Source: the human T2T-CHM13v2.0 reference genome, Homo sapiens
Reading direction: 5' to 3' (one strand)
NCBI RefSeq assembly: GCF_009914755.1
Contig: NC_060936.1
DNA: 64,000 bases
The notes beneath the pieces are model-generated. The model searched no databases, had not been told where the DNA came from, and worked only from the letters and a program-made list of their open reading frames with translations. The translations under genes and the position numbers were made by a program. This document shows, piece after piece, positions 40,769 through 54,599 of this stretch. The stretch's first letter is position 1, and each line of letters opens with the position of its first letter.

Positions 40769-41092
40769 CCATGCTTTCTCTGAAGGCTCTGGAAAAGAAT
40801 CCTTCTTTGCTTTTTCTAGTATCTGGAATTTATCAGCAGTTCTTGGCATTTATTGGCTTAAGACTTCACCACTGCAATCTCTACATCCATCTTCACATGG
40901 CCTTCTCTTTGTGTATATTTGTGTGTGCTTTCCTCTTCTCATATGAACACTAGTCATTAGATTTAAGGCATCTTAATCTGGCATGACCTCAACTTAACTA
41001 ATTATATCTGAAAATACTGTATTTCCAAATAGGGTCAAATTCTGTTTCTGGATGTATGTGAATTCTGGGGGGACACTATTCAACTCACTACA
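40769..41092 (-). mobile_element. MLT1B/C-like LTR, partial
   Basis: ctctgaaggctctgg..aagaatccttc...ggggggacactattcaactcactaca. Confidence 0.85.
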
Positions 41093-41528
41093 CAACCTAA
41101 ATGCCCCTCAACTGATGAGTAGACAAAATCTGATGTAGCCATACAATAGATGATTATTTGGCAATAAGAAGGAACGAAGCAGTGAGTGATGCATGCTGCA
41201 ATGTGGATGAATGTTTAAAATGTTATATTAATTGAAAGAAGCTAGGCACAAAATATCACATATTGCATAATTCTATTTTTATGAAATGGCTAGAATTGAC
41301 AAATCTATATAGGTACAAATAGATTAGGGGTTGCCTAGGGCCGGCAGAAAACATGAGGAGTGACTGTTGATGTTTATGTGTTTCTTATTATAGTGAGGAA
41401 AATGTTCTGAAATTAGATTCTGCTGATTTTTGCACAACTCTGTAAATTTACTAAAAACTATTGAACTGCACACTTTACATAGATTAATTTATTCTATGTA
41501 AATTATGTCTCAATAAAAGTTGTTAAAA
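41093..41528 (+). mobile_element. L1MB/L1ME 3' end
   Basis: caacctaaatgcccctcaactgatgag...gcacaactctgtaaatttactaaaaactattgaactgcacacttt...tcaataaa. Confidence 0.85.
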
Positions 41529-42840
41529 TATGATACATTATGTACCTGGATTTGTGCATACAGTTGTTACTTGTGCATAGAGTTATTTTATACATCTAGA
41601 ATATGTGGTGACACTGAGTTCCTCCCTTTCTGCTGTTGATATTAAAGAATTGATGAAACAACATCTATATACATTGAGATTCATAAATATAACAAATCTA
41701 TCTATGGAATATTCTCACAATTTATCATATTTCTACTAATTTTGATAATGGTGAGATTTGTCAAAAAGGATTCGTTTATTTTTCTATGTTTTATGATTTA
41801 TATTTTTAAAATTTTTAAGTCCTTTTTCTCCCTACATGAGGTAATATAATCACCTTACAGTTTTCCCTTTCACATTTATGTTTTTAATTCATCTGAAGTT
41901 CAAGTCATTATGTATAATTAGGTAGATATTTAATTTTATTTCTCTCCGTATAATGATATAGTTTTTGTAACACCACCTACTAAATAATGCATGCTGTAAT
42001 CCCTTTTAAGTGCTGACATACACATGGGTGAATGTCTTAGCTCCCTTTTATTTTCAGTTGTTCCAGTCTTATGCTATCACCACATTGCTTTTATTATTAT
42101 TATTTCACATTTTCCTTCATCATTTCTCATGTAGAATAGAGTATATTGTATTATGTCCCCAACAGAATAAGAGTTCCAAAGATTTGAAATTACTCACTCT
42201 AGCAGTCAGTCCATGGTCAAACATATAAATATCTAATCCATATATATGGATAAACAAAGAACAAATGAATAACAATAAATATAAATAAAAGGACATGAAT
42301 ATGAATGAATAAACACGAGTAAATGAAGAATTAATGAATGAAATAACTATCATGTAGAAATTATGTGTCAAATGCTCAGTAAGACAAAATGAATTATTGA
42401 TGTGGTCTTGTAAAATGGTAGCAAATGAATGCATTTTATAAGAAGCACATAAAATAAAAAGAAACTAAATGGTCATGAGAACAGAGCATGCTATGTAAAG
42501 AGGAGGGATTGTACATAGACTTAACTTTCCTTCTAAAAGGAAGGAAGGATAAACCATTACCATTTTATATTATAAATCAAAATTTAAACATAATGTGTTT
42601 AATATTGAAACTGGTAAAAGCTTGTATTAGAACATTATGTCATTAACTTTATGTTTTATTACAACTAGGGCATTGTTGATTTGAATTTGAAGATAAATAC
42701 TAAAGATTATTTTTTAAAACCTGCCTTCAATTTGGAATTTAAAGTTTTATTACACTAATACAATTTTCATGGTAAGCCAACACTAATTGCTAATTAGACA
42801 TTGCTTGCAGGTGCAAAATATAAAAACATTTCATAAAATT

Positions 42841-42991
42841 GTGGGGGGAGGGGGGAGGGATAGCATTAGGAGGTATACCTAATGTTAAATGACGAGTTAA
42901 TGGGTGCAGCACACCAACATGGCACACGTATATGTATGTAACTAACCTGCACGTTGTGCACATGTACCCTAAAACTTAAAGTATAATAAAA
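42841..42991 (+). mobile_element. 150-bp L1PA3/4 3' tip
   Basis: gggggagggatagcattagga..tatacctaatgttaaatgacgagttaatgggtgcagcacaccaac; TSD aaaattgt at 42835 and 42992. Confidence 0.93.
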
Positions 42992-43071
42992 AAAATTGTT
43001 AACACTTTATGATATTGTAGAGATCTCTATTTTATAGGAACTAGTAATGTTTGAAGTGAATTTCATTTTAA

Positions 43072-43382
<311 letters not shown>

Positions 43383-44683
43383 TAATTACTTTTTAATCAT
43401 TTGAAAAGTCAACGAAATTGTGATTATTCTTCTTTGAAAAATAGTATTTATGTTTGTAAAATACGTAGGAATTCCTCAAAGTACTTCTTATCTGGACTTC
43501 TATCTATATCAAGCTTCCAGTGACCCATTAACACCTATATTTGTAACAAAAGTTATTTTTCTCCCTGCACAATTTGTACATCTATTTGTTCCTAATGAAG
43601 TAATTTTTTGAAATTATACAAGCCCAAACAAGACAATGTACAAAAATCTTAGGAAGTAGCTCCATGTACTGGCCTTCTATAGGCTTTTATTATTATTATT
43701 ATTTTTAACTCTCAATATTTAGTTTAAAGGGAAACCAGAGATATGTACAAAGGTAAGGTCTCTTGCTTTCTATATATTGCTGTGAGTTGCTGAAGTTTAG
43801 AAAAGGGAATGGAGTAGGGAAAGAAAGAGAGAGAAGGAAGGAAATTAAAACAGAAAATTGGAAATTCATACTGTTGACAGTCTACCATGGGCCTAATGTA
43901 TTTGTATATTTCTCATTTAACATTCACCAAAACATCATATATTATTTTCTAAGCATTTCAATTGATTTTTAAATTATAAACGTATGCTTATTTTTTGTAT
44001 ATTTCACATGCCATAATTTTTTAAAAATAAAACCATATGGTTATACTTTTTAAAGCTGTCTTTTGAAAGAGCTGGGCAAAATCAATTGCCCAAGTTCTTA
44101 GTTTACAGCTAAAAATGTGTCTATAATTAACTCTCTTAACAGGAAATTACCTTAGTGGGAGAAAGATATTTCAGGATTTGATTATCTTCGTCTTTTGTTT
44201 TGGCATTTTTGTAGAATAAAAACAATATAGAAAGATTTGTACATTAATGTTGGTACGAGGAGGGGATCACAATTAGAGAAAGCATGCAGTACTTTTCAAA
44301 CATCTGAAGCAAATTTTGGTATGATTTCCACTATTTCTCCATATGTTTCCCTAAACTTTGAAAATATAACAATATTTTAACATATTAGAAACCTAATTAA
44401 GCATAGCAGTTTTAGGTCAGCTGCAAGACTTATTAGATTTCAGATTTTGACTTTTTAAACATTTTGTTTTATTTTTATACTCCTTTCCCTGAAGTAGTTC
44501 TATTTAAATGTGCATTTTATATCAGTACATTTCACATCTAATAGTCAAATAAGAATTTAAGTTTCATTAGGAAGAATCTAGTTGCTCTTTCTTGTTTCTA
44601 CGTTTTCCACTTTTTACTTTTAAGAAAAAAAGTTCACTGGGTTTAATATTCAGATAAGTCTTAAAAATTTTTAAGTAGGATAC

Positions 44684-44968
44684 ATTATGAAATAACCCAG
44701 AAACAGAAGCTCAAATACCACGTGTTCTTACTTATACATGGAAGCTAAACAGTGAGTATACACAGATATACAGAATGGGAAAGTAGACAGTAGAGACTGC
44801 AAAAGGTGGGAAGGTGGGTGGGCGGCGAGTGTTGAAAAATGATCTATTGGGTACAGTGTTCACTATTTGAGTGATGGGTACACTAAAAACCCAAGCTTCA
44901 CCACTGTACAATATTCCACGTAAGAAAACTGCACTTGTACCCCTGAATCTATAAATGAATAAATAAAT
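44684..44968 (+). mobile_element. L1PB-type 3' end
   Basis: tattgggtacagtgttcactatttgagtgatgggtacactaaaaacccaagcttcaccact. Confidence 0.85.
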
Positions 44969-45099
44969 GTCATAGAGTAAGAAAAAAAAGGAAACTTTTG
45001 TCCTTTTAAGCCACTGAGTTATTGATAATAATTATAATGATAATATTATTATCATCATTTATGGTAATTAGCTTTGCTTAAATATACTGTTTCCCTCTA

Positions 45100-45320
45100 G
45101 CTTATAAATAACATTTAATAAATATTATGTACTTAATAATATAATTTATTCTTAGGACTTGCTGTACGCCACATAATGTGCAAGGAATCTTATATACAAT
45201 ATTTTGCCTTTAATCTGCACAATAGCCCAATTTGAATGCTAAATATATATGATGGGAAAACTGATGATCAAAGTGGCTAAGTGACTTGCACACTAAATCA
45301 GATTTATTATACCAGGAGCC
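45100..45320 (-). mobile_element. MIR SINE (degenerate)
   Basis: tttaatctgcacaatagccc...gatgggaaaactga...ggctaagtgacttgc. Confidence 0.6.
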
Positions 45321-47369
45321 AGAGGGTAATTACAGTTTTATAACAGATATCACAAAAGTACATGCAGTGAACAAAGTGTTGAATAGTAATTCCTATGAAA
45401 TCTATGGAAAGTGCTTTTACTAGGAGCTAGTTGCCTATTAGCATTAGTTTACAATCTTAGATTAAGAATGGAAACAAAAACCAATTTAGTGAAAGAAAAC
45501 ACTATTTTGGAATCTGAAATGTGGCCCCTTGAATTTCACACTTCAAACAAATAAAGTGAAAGTCTAGTTATACTAATACAAATTCTGCTTCTGTGACTTA
45601 TGCTTAAGTCAAAATGCTTGAATCTTTAAAATAATAAGTAAGTAAATACCATAGTTGTCAGTCAAAACAAAACAACAGGCTGATTCTTTAACTTTTCTTT
45701 TTAGATTATCAGTGAAAATAAAAAATTTTTAAGTGTAGATACAATCTGAATTATAGAACTTACTTTTATTGTTCATATGCTAGTGAAAAGGGAGATGCCT
45801 AAAATATCTCAATGGAAATTTACAAGTCATAGATGCAATGAGCATGGACAATCTGACAAGAAGACAATTTTCTGAATGAGCAATGAAACTGTATAAATTT
45901 CCAGTTCTTCATTAACCTAAAAATCACAGTAGAGGCAGTTATTACCTGATGAAGTCGACACTGTTCAGGCTTCATTTTTTAGCCTCTATTACAGCATATG
46001 GAATGCTATTTAAATTTATCCTGGAATTTCTGCACTTGGCTGAGATCACAAGAATATGGAAGAAAGATACTTTGCAGATTTCTGGGTGTCCACCGGGCAC
46101 CAAATGAACAAACTGATATCAATTTAATATGTGTGATGAGTTTGGCAGAGGTTGAGCAAAGGAGATGATTAAAGGTTGAAAATCAAGGCCTATGAGAAAA
46201 ACAGTAAAAATAGAAAGCTTAATTTAGTATGAGAAAAGAAAATTAAGGAATAATTTAAGAATGCTCTTCGGAGATATGAAGTCTATTTTAGAAATGGTGA
46301 TAGTTGTTTCTTTTTTCCAACAAAAAAGAGCAGAAAGAAATGAAGCCAATTTGTAAGTCATAAAAAAGGAATATATTAACCTGTTATGGTTTTGAAATAT
46401 TTTCCACAGTTTAAATAAGAATAAATACATTTCTAAGTATGTATGCATACATATATACATATATACTTATACATGTGTATGTATATACAGTAATACTGTA
46501 TCATGATTTAAAAGATGGGTAGATATTGAATTATTGCTTACCAACCTCTAGCTTGTATTCTTTAACATTTTAATGGATGAATAGGTATCATAGACTCCAG
46601 AAAATAAAGGTTCCTCTCTATACGCAATCTCTTCAGTGCAAAAATTCATCACCTAATTGAGGGTGAAATACTATCATCAACTTCATTCTTGTGTCAGAAT
46701 AATACCACATGTTCCTATACATCACTTGAGTGGAAAGTTATTTCAAGTCTTATACATTTAAAGGTGTTAGCTAGAAAAGTGAGGATAGTACTTACTGAGG
46801 AGATGGAAGATTGAGAGATCAAACATTGAATTGAAAGACAAAGACCAGTCTTATTTTGGTTTTAACCATATGACTTCTCACACAAAAGATTATATTAAAA
46901 TAAAGGACTTCCCCAAATGTGGTTTTATAATTTTAGACTTAGTATAAAAATTATTTTATTTAGATTTTTTTTATTTCAGTGACCCTCTAGTATCTGTTTT
47001 TCTTTTTTACATCAATTTTTCTCCCTTAAAAAATGAGAGTAATAATTCATTTTCTGTTTACTTCACAGAGTTCCTGTGAGGATTAAATAAGATCATAGTG
47101 ATTTTTAAGGAAACATCTTTAAAAAGTAAAAAGCTCTAGAAGCACTGAGCATTCTTATGATTTTAGTTGCCACATATCATAAATCACTTTTGCAATCCAG
47201 GCACTAGAGATCTGAGATCAGTTGCCATGCTTGTTTTCTTGTTTTTATTTTGTTTTATTTTATTTTAAAGAGTTTGACAAATGTTAGTCAAGTTATTCAC
47301 ATTGGACTAAGAAAGTCATCAGAAGGTGTTTGAGTAATGCCAAAACCTAAACATTGTAACAAGTATTTT

Positions 47370-47760
47370 CATGGTGTTTTAGTTGCAATTTACAGAGCCC
47401 TGCCCTGGCTCACATGAGAGAAAGCAGAATTAACTGAAGGAAGAACTGAACACCTTAGCTGGGAGAAGGCAAGAACTAATAAAGTTCCAGAAGTTGAGGA
47501 AGCAGGAACAAATTGATGATCTCCTGCTGATGCTTTGATCAATCAGCTCCAACCCTCTTCCCAGTAACTGTGTCACCCAGTTTACAGTATAAAGCCCTGA
47601 GAGTGTCTAACAGGCCTAGCTGGGGTTACATGCCCACATCTTGTCTAGGGACAGATAGTAAATGTGAATGATACTCTTTCAAAGGATGCATACAAGAAGG
47701 AAAAAGAAATTGTTATTTGCTGCTAGAATAAGTGAGAGTAGATGCTAAGAAGTTAAAATA
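47370..47760 (-). mobile_element. Old MLT1-type LTR fragment
   Basis: tttagttgcaa...gagagtgtctaacaggcctagctggggttacatgcccac. Confidence 0.5.
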
Positions 47761-47780
47761 ATTAAAGCAATAAATGTCAA

Positions 47781-48067
47781 TTAAATAATTGTGTCTTAGG
47801 GCTTGTTGCAGAATATATCTGAGTAAGTTAGATTCCATGAAGAATTTCCAAATACTGGAGGATTTTTCAGTAGATTTTAAATGAGTGGTTTATGTTCTAA
47901 TAATTTATAGAAAAATCTAATATTTAAATAATTGTGTCTTAGGGCTTGTTGCAGAATATATCTGAGTAGGTTAGATTCCATGAAAAATTTCCAAATACTG
48001 GAGGATTTTTTCAGTAGATTTTAAATGAGTGGTTTATTTTCTAATAATTTATAGAAAAATCTAATAT
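47781..48067. repeat. 143-bp tandem duplication of apparently unique sequence
   Basis: copies start at 47781 and 47924; 3 substitutions and 1 T indel. Confidence 0.96.
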
Positions 48068-48782
48068 TTAGATATATTTCTAAACTATAAATATAAATAA
48101 AGCTGTATATAATGTTTTATATATAAAACATTAACGGACACTTTTTCTTCTTTTCAGCTATATGTTCTTTAGAATTGCACTAAATTCTGATACTTTTCAA
48201 TCAGATAGCATTTCCCTCCTTGTCTTTGAAAGGGTGTCTGGCTCTCAAAAGGCTAATATATTGTATACTTGGTTTTATCCTTAAAATAATGAAGAAATAT
48301 TCATTCTAATTAGGCTAAATCTGCCCTTTTGATCCTAATTAGTGTCTATCAAAATGTTCAGTGCACTTATTTTTTAGAAATGCTGTCCTGATTTTAATAA
48401 AGTCTGTTAAAAAATGTCTCTCCATATGTTATAAAATAGAGTTCTAAACCAGATATCCGTCTTCAAGGCCACATGTTTATTCATTTTTATTTAAATATTT
48501 ATCAAGCAACTCAGCACTTGCTAGCACTTAAGAAGCTCCCAGCCTAGTATTTGAGGAAATAGGGGCATTTCAACAAAATAATGCTTTAAGTATATGGAAG
48601 AAAAACTTAATTTGCCTAAGGGAATCTGGTAATGATTGTCAAATAAGGTCCTCTATAGTACTATACAGTTTCAAGTAGAAGATACTGTGGGTAAATATGG
48701 GGTACGTTAAGATGGTTGAAATATTTAGCAGGGTAAAGTGAAGTTCTTATCCCCTGTGGGTATTTTATATAGACAAGAACAG

Positions 48783-49070
48783 TAGTTAAAGTAATGCTAG
48801 CTATTGTAGCAAACAAAACTCTGTGCTTTAATACATAAGTTTATTTCTTGCCCAAATAACAGTTAAATGTGGGTGCTTCACATCAGTGCACAATTTTTCC
48901 ACATATCGTAATTCAGGGACAGAGGATCCTCCTATCCCCTAAGAACTCCTGCATTCCAATAGTACAACAACAACAACAAACACTTCTCTACTAAACTGCC
49001 CTGGAAATGACATCTATGACTTCTACTTACTTTCTGCTGGTAAGAAATGGTCATATGGCCCCACGTGCCA
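48783..49070 (-). mobile_element. Old ERVL/MaLR LTR fragment (LTR33-like)
   Basis: taatgctagctattgtagcaaac...aagtttatttcttgccc...ctggaaatgacat...ggtcatatggcccca. Confidence 0.45.
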
Positions 49071-49155
49071 CTTTTCCCAATAACAATGGCTCTATTCTAT
49101 GTAAAATAAATTATAGTTAGCTGTCCTGCTCAGAGGTAAAAATGAAAAGATAAAT

Positions 49156-49200
49156 GAGAGAGAAAGAGAGACAGAAAAAGAGAGAGAGAGAGAGAGAGAG
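49156..49200. repeat. (GA)n microsatellite, interrupted
   Basis: direct read. Confidence 0.85.
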
Positions 49201-49339
49201 GAAAAGTTGACATGGAAATTGCAGTAAAATATAATGATACCACCAATGACACAAACAAAAGCAATTGATATTTTTGCAGACTAAGAATAACAGAGTGGGG
49301 AAGAATTTGAGGCTCACATTCCTTTGCATTTTCAAAAGT

Positions 49340-49780
49340 ATTTATTTTAGACCTTGATTTCTCTTGAAAATGGATAAACAATAAAAACAAAATACATCTA
49401 TATATTTCAACATACCTAAATCTCAAAATCTTACAGTGATATTGGAAAAATGCAAAAGTATATGCAAGATGTGAACAATATTATACCAATTACATAAAAT
49501 AAAGCACAAAATCTCCATCATGTTTATGGATGAATACATATGTAGAAAATATATTCTAATACGGAGTGGAAAAATGTATACTAAATTCTAAATTTTTGCT
49601 AATAATTTTTTCTGGGAATGGAAGTAAAAGTAAAGAAGTGTAGGAATATCTTTCAACTTTATCAGTAAAATATTATTTCATATAAGAGATTAGAATAATA
49701 TGTGGCAAAATGTTAATATCTTTTCATTTGTGGTAGTGAGTATATGGTTGTTTGTTGAAGATTGTGTTTTCCAAATGAAA
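49340..49780 (+). mobile_element. L1ME-type 3' end
   Basis: degenerate L1ME 3'UTR (atgtttatggatgaatacatatgtag...tatgtggcaaaatgttaatat). Confidence 0.55.
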
Positions 49781-51769
49781 GAAAACATGCAAATTTAATT
49801 TAATCCTTTCCTTAAAAACAAGGAATATATGGTACACACTTAGGGCATTTTTGTACTTGTGAGGTAGTATTAGTTAGCTATTTTTACATCTGAGAGTTTA
49901 TTGCATAATCTTTCGTGAGATTTTAAAAAAAAACCTTTGGACAATATTGCTGAGTGTAGTTTAAACTGGGAAAATACAGAATTATTAGCCAGGAGTGCAT
50001 TGTATGATTGGATTTAGTATAATTAGACTCTCTTCTAGCCTATCTAAGGGCTTTGGAGAGCAAAAGCAAAAGATTAACTAACTGCTCACATGGGTCCCAG
50101 GAAAATACAAAAGCACTACTGTTTAACAGGAAAGTTACTATCCAGAAATTAACCCACAAAGGTGGGAAGAGTATTTACCCGCTAATCTCTTTATTCCCTC
50201 GCCTGACAAAATATCTGCATTCCTGGGCGGCCTCAAGGTAAGAGAACAAAATGCCGGCTGCCTGTTCATTTCCTTTCTCTATATTCTTCTCTCTATATTC
50301 TTCACACATGGTTCATAAAATAGAAACTCTAACTTTAGGACAGGTTGTGGAGAAAGCTTCTTACTTTCTCTCTAGCCCTGGTTTAGCCTACATCTTTGAT
50401 GTAGCTGTGACTTATCTCAGTGGTGAGAAGGTGCATTAATGGTGCCTGTTTTAATTAATGAAAGGACTGACAAGACTCTGATAAAAGTAAGGAATACAGT
50501 GTAGGAGGAGGAGATAGTATAGGTAAGCATCAAGAAAGTCTGAGACATCCAGGCTCAGCTTCCAACATCTATTTTGTATCACACAAAGCATGCTTCATTG
50601 CTGGGTCACAAACCACCAAAATATGTGTGATATACCTTGGTCTCTGGAAAGCCATATTCTCATCCATAGGGGGATATTTTGTATTATTCCTGGTCACCTA
50701 ATCAAACCAGGCTGGAAAGGAAATCAAAATAGTATAAGAGAAGCCAGGTGCAAAACATCAGTCTGAACATTTTTTATAGACAATGTTGACAAGATAATAC
50801 AGACTATCCCCTACATGTGGCACCTTTGCATGGAACTGTGTTGATCAACAATTGTGACATTTTTAGTTTGGTTTGCCAACAGTCAGCATCATGTCTCCAG
50901 ATAGCTTCAGCAATGAGAACAGGGTTGTAACTGAACAACAGAAATTCACCCTATACGTGTACACAAGGGCTCTATGGGCCAGTAAATAGGTGCTTTTTCT
51001 CTTCTCTGTGCTTCGTAGTACTATATCTATATGGTTCATGGTACAAATCTCAGGAGAGCAAGTCTTCCTGTAACAGCATTTCCTCTGTGACTAAGGAGAC
51101 AGGTCAGCTTGATGAAAAGAGATTTACTAGCTTGTAGATTTCAGGCAGCATTCTGAAATCTGTTTTTTCTTCTGAAACAGAAGCATTCTTCCATCCTGTT
51201 TTATTAGTAAAAAGATGAATGATTAGTCTCCATTTAAGTCTTCTATTTTTCAATATAATTGAGAATCCAAAAACGAAAATGTTTGCATGGAGAGGTTCCC
51301 TAGAAGTTAGTAGACCTCTACATCACTATTGATTCTACCTTTTTCTTTGGAGAAGAAACATGTTAGAGTAGCATGACTTTTTCAACTCTCATTTTCATCC
51401 CTGTCAAGCTAGGGGACTGGTATAAGAAACACTGTAGTATTTCTCTAAGGTTATTCTAGGGAGTATCAACATTAGAATCACATGGAGGACAACACATGGA
51501 GTTCTCCAAGTGGGACCAAGTGATCTGGCTACTTTACCAATCTCTAGATAACTTTTCTTCACTAATGTTTGGGAACTGTGTTTACAAATTTCATTTTTTG
51601 TGTTTGCTTTCTTTTCTTGTTTATCCCTCTTACTCATAGCATTTATCTCTCTTCTTGTACAGTACTCCTTTTTCTATTACTGTCACTTTAGTGGTGTGTG
51701 AGACAATGAGGATTTAAAATAGTCTTTTTTAAAGGTTATGTATTTGGAATCTAATATGAAAACCTCTTC

Positions 51770-52010
51770 AGGTCAACTAATAACTAAGATTTATTGAAGT
51801 TGCACTGGGTTCCATCTTTTGTTTAAAGTTACTTTCATATATGAACTCTTTTTATACTTAAAACATTCTTTGATATAGGTTTCAATATTATTATCATTAC
51901 AATTTTATTGATGAAGAAATGCAGGAACAGCTAGGTAGAGTAACTTATCCAATGTTACACAGCTGGAAAGCAATGCATTCAAATCTAACTCCTTTTAAAC
52001 ACCACTCTGC
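51770..52010 (-). mobile_element. MIR SINE
   Basis: attttattgatgaagaaatgcagg...gtaacttatccaatgttacacagctggaaag. Confidence 0.7.
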
Positions 52011-54442
52011 TGGTTGATTAGGGGTATGTTGCCATCAAAATCTACACAATTTACATGGTATGGACTCTTTCTGTAGGTGGCACGATGTCTGTCACTAAAA
52101 CAAATTGAGTGTTCAGAAACTCTAAACAATTTATTTAACTGTGAGCATACTCTTTGGACTCATCTTTACACCACAGTAAAATAAGAGGTGGAACCACTTG
52201 CCCATCTGTGCTAACTTCTTGCTAGTGTTAAATCATTTTGCTTATATTTGACTTTGATTGCTTCACCAGAAATGAACTACAGACATCTATTCCCTTTGTG
52301 ATACCTCCTTGGAATCAAAGTGTGGAGTGTAACAATGTGCCTCCACACACTCACACTAGTTGATGCTTCATCTTGGTGAAATCAAGTTTTTGGAATTACC
52401 TTTCCTAAGATCATTCTATTCACAGAGAAGGAGCTTAATGTAAGTGAAATTTTGTAAAAACCAAAGGTATGTACCATTTATATGTTGCCCAACATATAAA
52501 TACTGAGAGAGTAAAATGAAAACTGTAGCAAGGAAGAAATCACCTCATCTTAGTGGGGTAACGTTACAGGCTTTTTTTTATTAATGGAAGATAATAAGAT
52601 AATGATGTGGTTTCTGTGGATAATTAACATTTTAATTGAAGAATCCCTGGTCCCATAGTAGAAATCTGTTTTTCCAGAAATAACTGTTTCTTATGTTCCC
52701 TGCAGAGGTCCTCAGTGTACAAAATCTTTCAGTATACTGGGATGAAAAGCTCTTACTGGGGGGACATTTTTTGTCCTTTATAGGTAAACAATTAAACAAA
52801 AGCTACTTTTTATAGTGAAATGTAACATCCATAGATAAAAGTGCATTAAACACAAATTTAGAGTTTAATGAATAATTATAAAGTGAAATATGTAATCAAC
52901 AGCTGATAAAGAAGGAGAGCACTACCAGGAATGTGCAAGTCATAAGATTTCACAGTAACAATTGCCTTCCTCTCCCTAAGAGTAACCACTATTCTGATAT
53001 TTATGATAATTACTACCTTGCTTTTTAAAATATCTTTACACTATTTTTTAGTTTTTCACAGTTTTGATGTTTTCATATAAATGAATCATACAGTAGGTAA
53101 TATTTTATGTCAGACTTCTTAATATTTGTAAAATTTACCTATTTTGTCGCATAGGCATAATTTGTTCATTTTCATTCATGTATAAAATTCTCTTACATAA
53201 ATATTCTTCAATTTATTTATCCATTCTTCCATTACAGTTCATTTTTATTTTTCTATTTTGTGGCTATCAATAATAATGCTTCTATGTACATCCTTGAACT
53301 TGTGTTTTGGTGCACTTTTGCTTGCCTTTCTGTTGGATTATAGACCACATGTATCATCAATACAAGTAAATAATATCAAAAATTTCAGTCACACCAGCAG
53401 TAAATGAAAATTCCTATTACTATTTATTCTCACAAATATGTGATATAATCACTTTTCAAAATTTAAGTTAATTTTGAAATAATTAAGCATGTTAAGTGTT
53501 TATACTGAGATTCTGTTAATTTTAATTTGTATTTCCCCATCTACTGATTATTGGACATTGCAATATTTATTTTAGGGGAAGTGTGTGTTCAAATTTCTTA
53601 GACATTTTTCTACTGGTCTATGTTTTTCCTGTCATATTTATATGTTATGTAATTGTATTGTCTTGTTTCACAAATATATTCTCCTACTTTGTTCCTATAT
53701 TTTCACTGGCATAACTTTTTTGATAAATAGAAACTCTTAGATTTAATATGGCTAAATTGAAAAATATTTTTCTTTATAGTTAGTACTTACAATATCTTGT
53801 TTAAGAAATATTTCCCTAAAGTGAGAAAATTATCCTAAAATAAGCTTTACTTTTTTCTTTCACATTTACATTACTGTGGGTGTATGTATTATATATATTA
53901 TATATATGCAAAATAGATACTCATATGTATGTCTTTTATACTTTTATATATAGACACACACATGTGACTTCAGAGTGCCAGCTTTTTTATAAATCAAATG
54001 TTCATATATTAATATATTTCTGAATGCTTTCATTTTTATATTATTCTAATTGTCTATCTTTTATAATAAGCTTTGCTAACTTGTAGAATAAGTCTTGTTT
54101 TTCCTCTAAAATGTCTCGCCTATTCTTGGCTTGGTGTATTTCCAGATAAATTTTAGAATAAGATGATCAGGTTTAAGAAAATAGCTTGTTGGGATTTTGA
54201 TTGAGTTTGCATTTGTACACACAGAAAAAAACATAAGATTTTATCTCTTTGCAATATTGAGTCTTCACATCCATTGGCATGGCTTATCTTTCCATTTGTG
54301 TAATTATGCATTTCTTGTTAAGTGTTTTATTTGTGAAGATGTGTGAATGTATTTGGGTATATTTATTTCTATGTATGAAAAATTTAATGCAATAATACAT
54401 TTTATTATTTTATTTGTTTTTTCCCCTTTTTAATTCTTAAAT

Positions 54443-54599
54443 TTTGTTTGTTTTTGGATCTTTTGTTTGTTTTTGTTTTGGTAGAAATGGGATTTCACCG
54501 TGTTGTCCAGGGCGGTCTCAAACTCCTAAACTCAGGGCATTCGCCTGCCTCGGTCTTTCAAAGTCCTGGGATTACAGGCGTGAGCCACCTTGCCTGGCC
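54443..54599 (-). mobile_element. Alu left monomer (FLAM_C-like)
   Basis: ggtctcaaactcct...gggattacaggcgtgagccaccttgcctggcc preceded by a (TTTG)n tail. Confidence 0.88.

Noticed and set aside
52680-52790. Acceptor-like ttatgttccctgcag and a downstream taggtaaa
   Set aside because: Isolated moderate splice-like motifs are common in AT-rich DNA; no supporting frame or context
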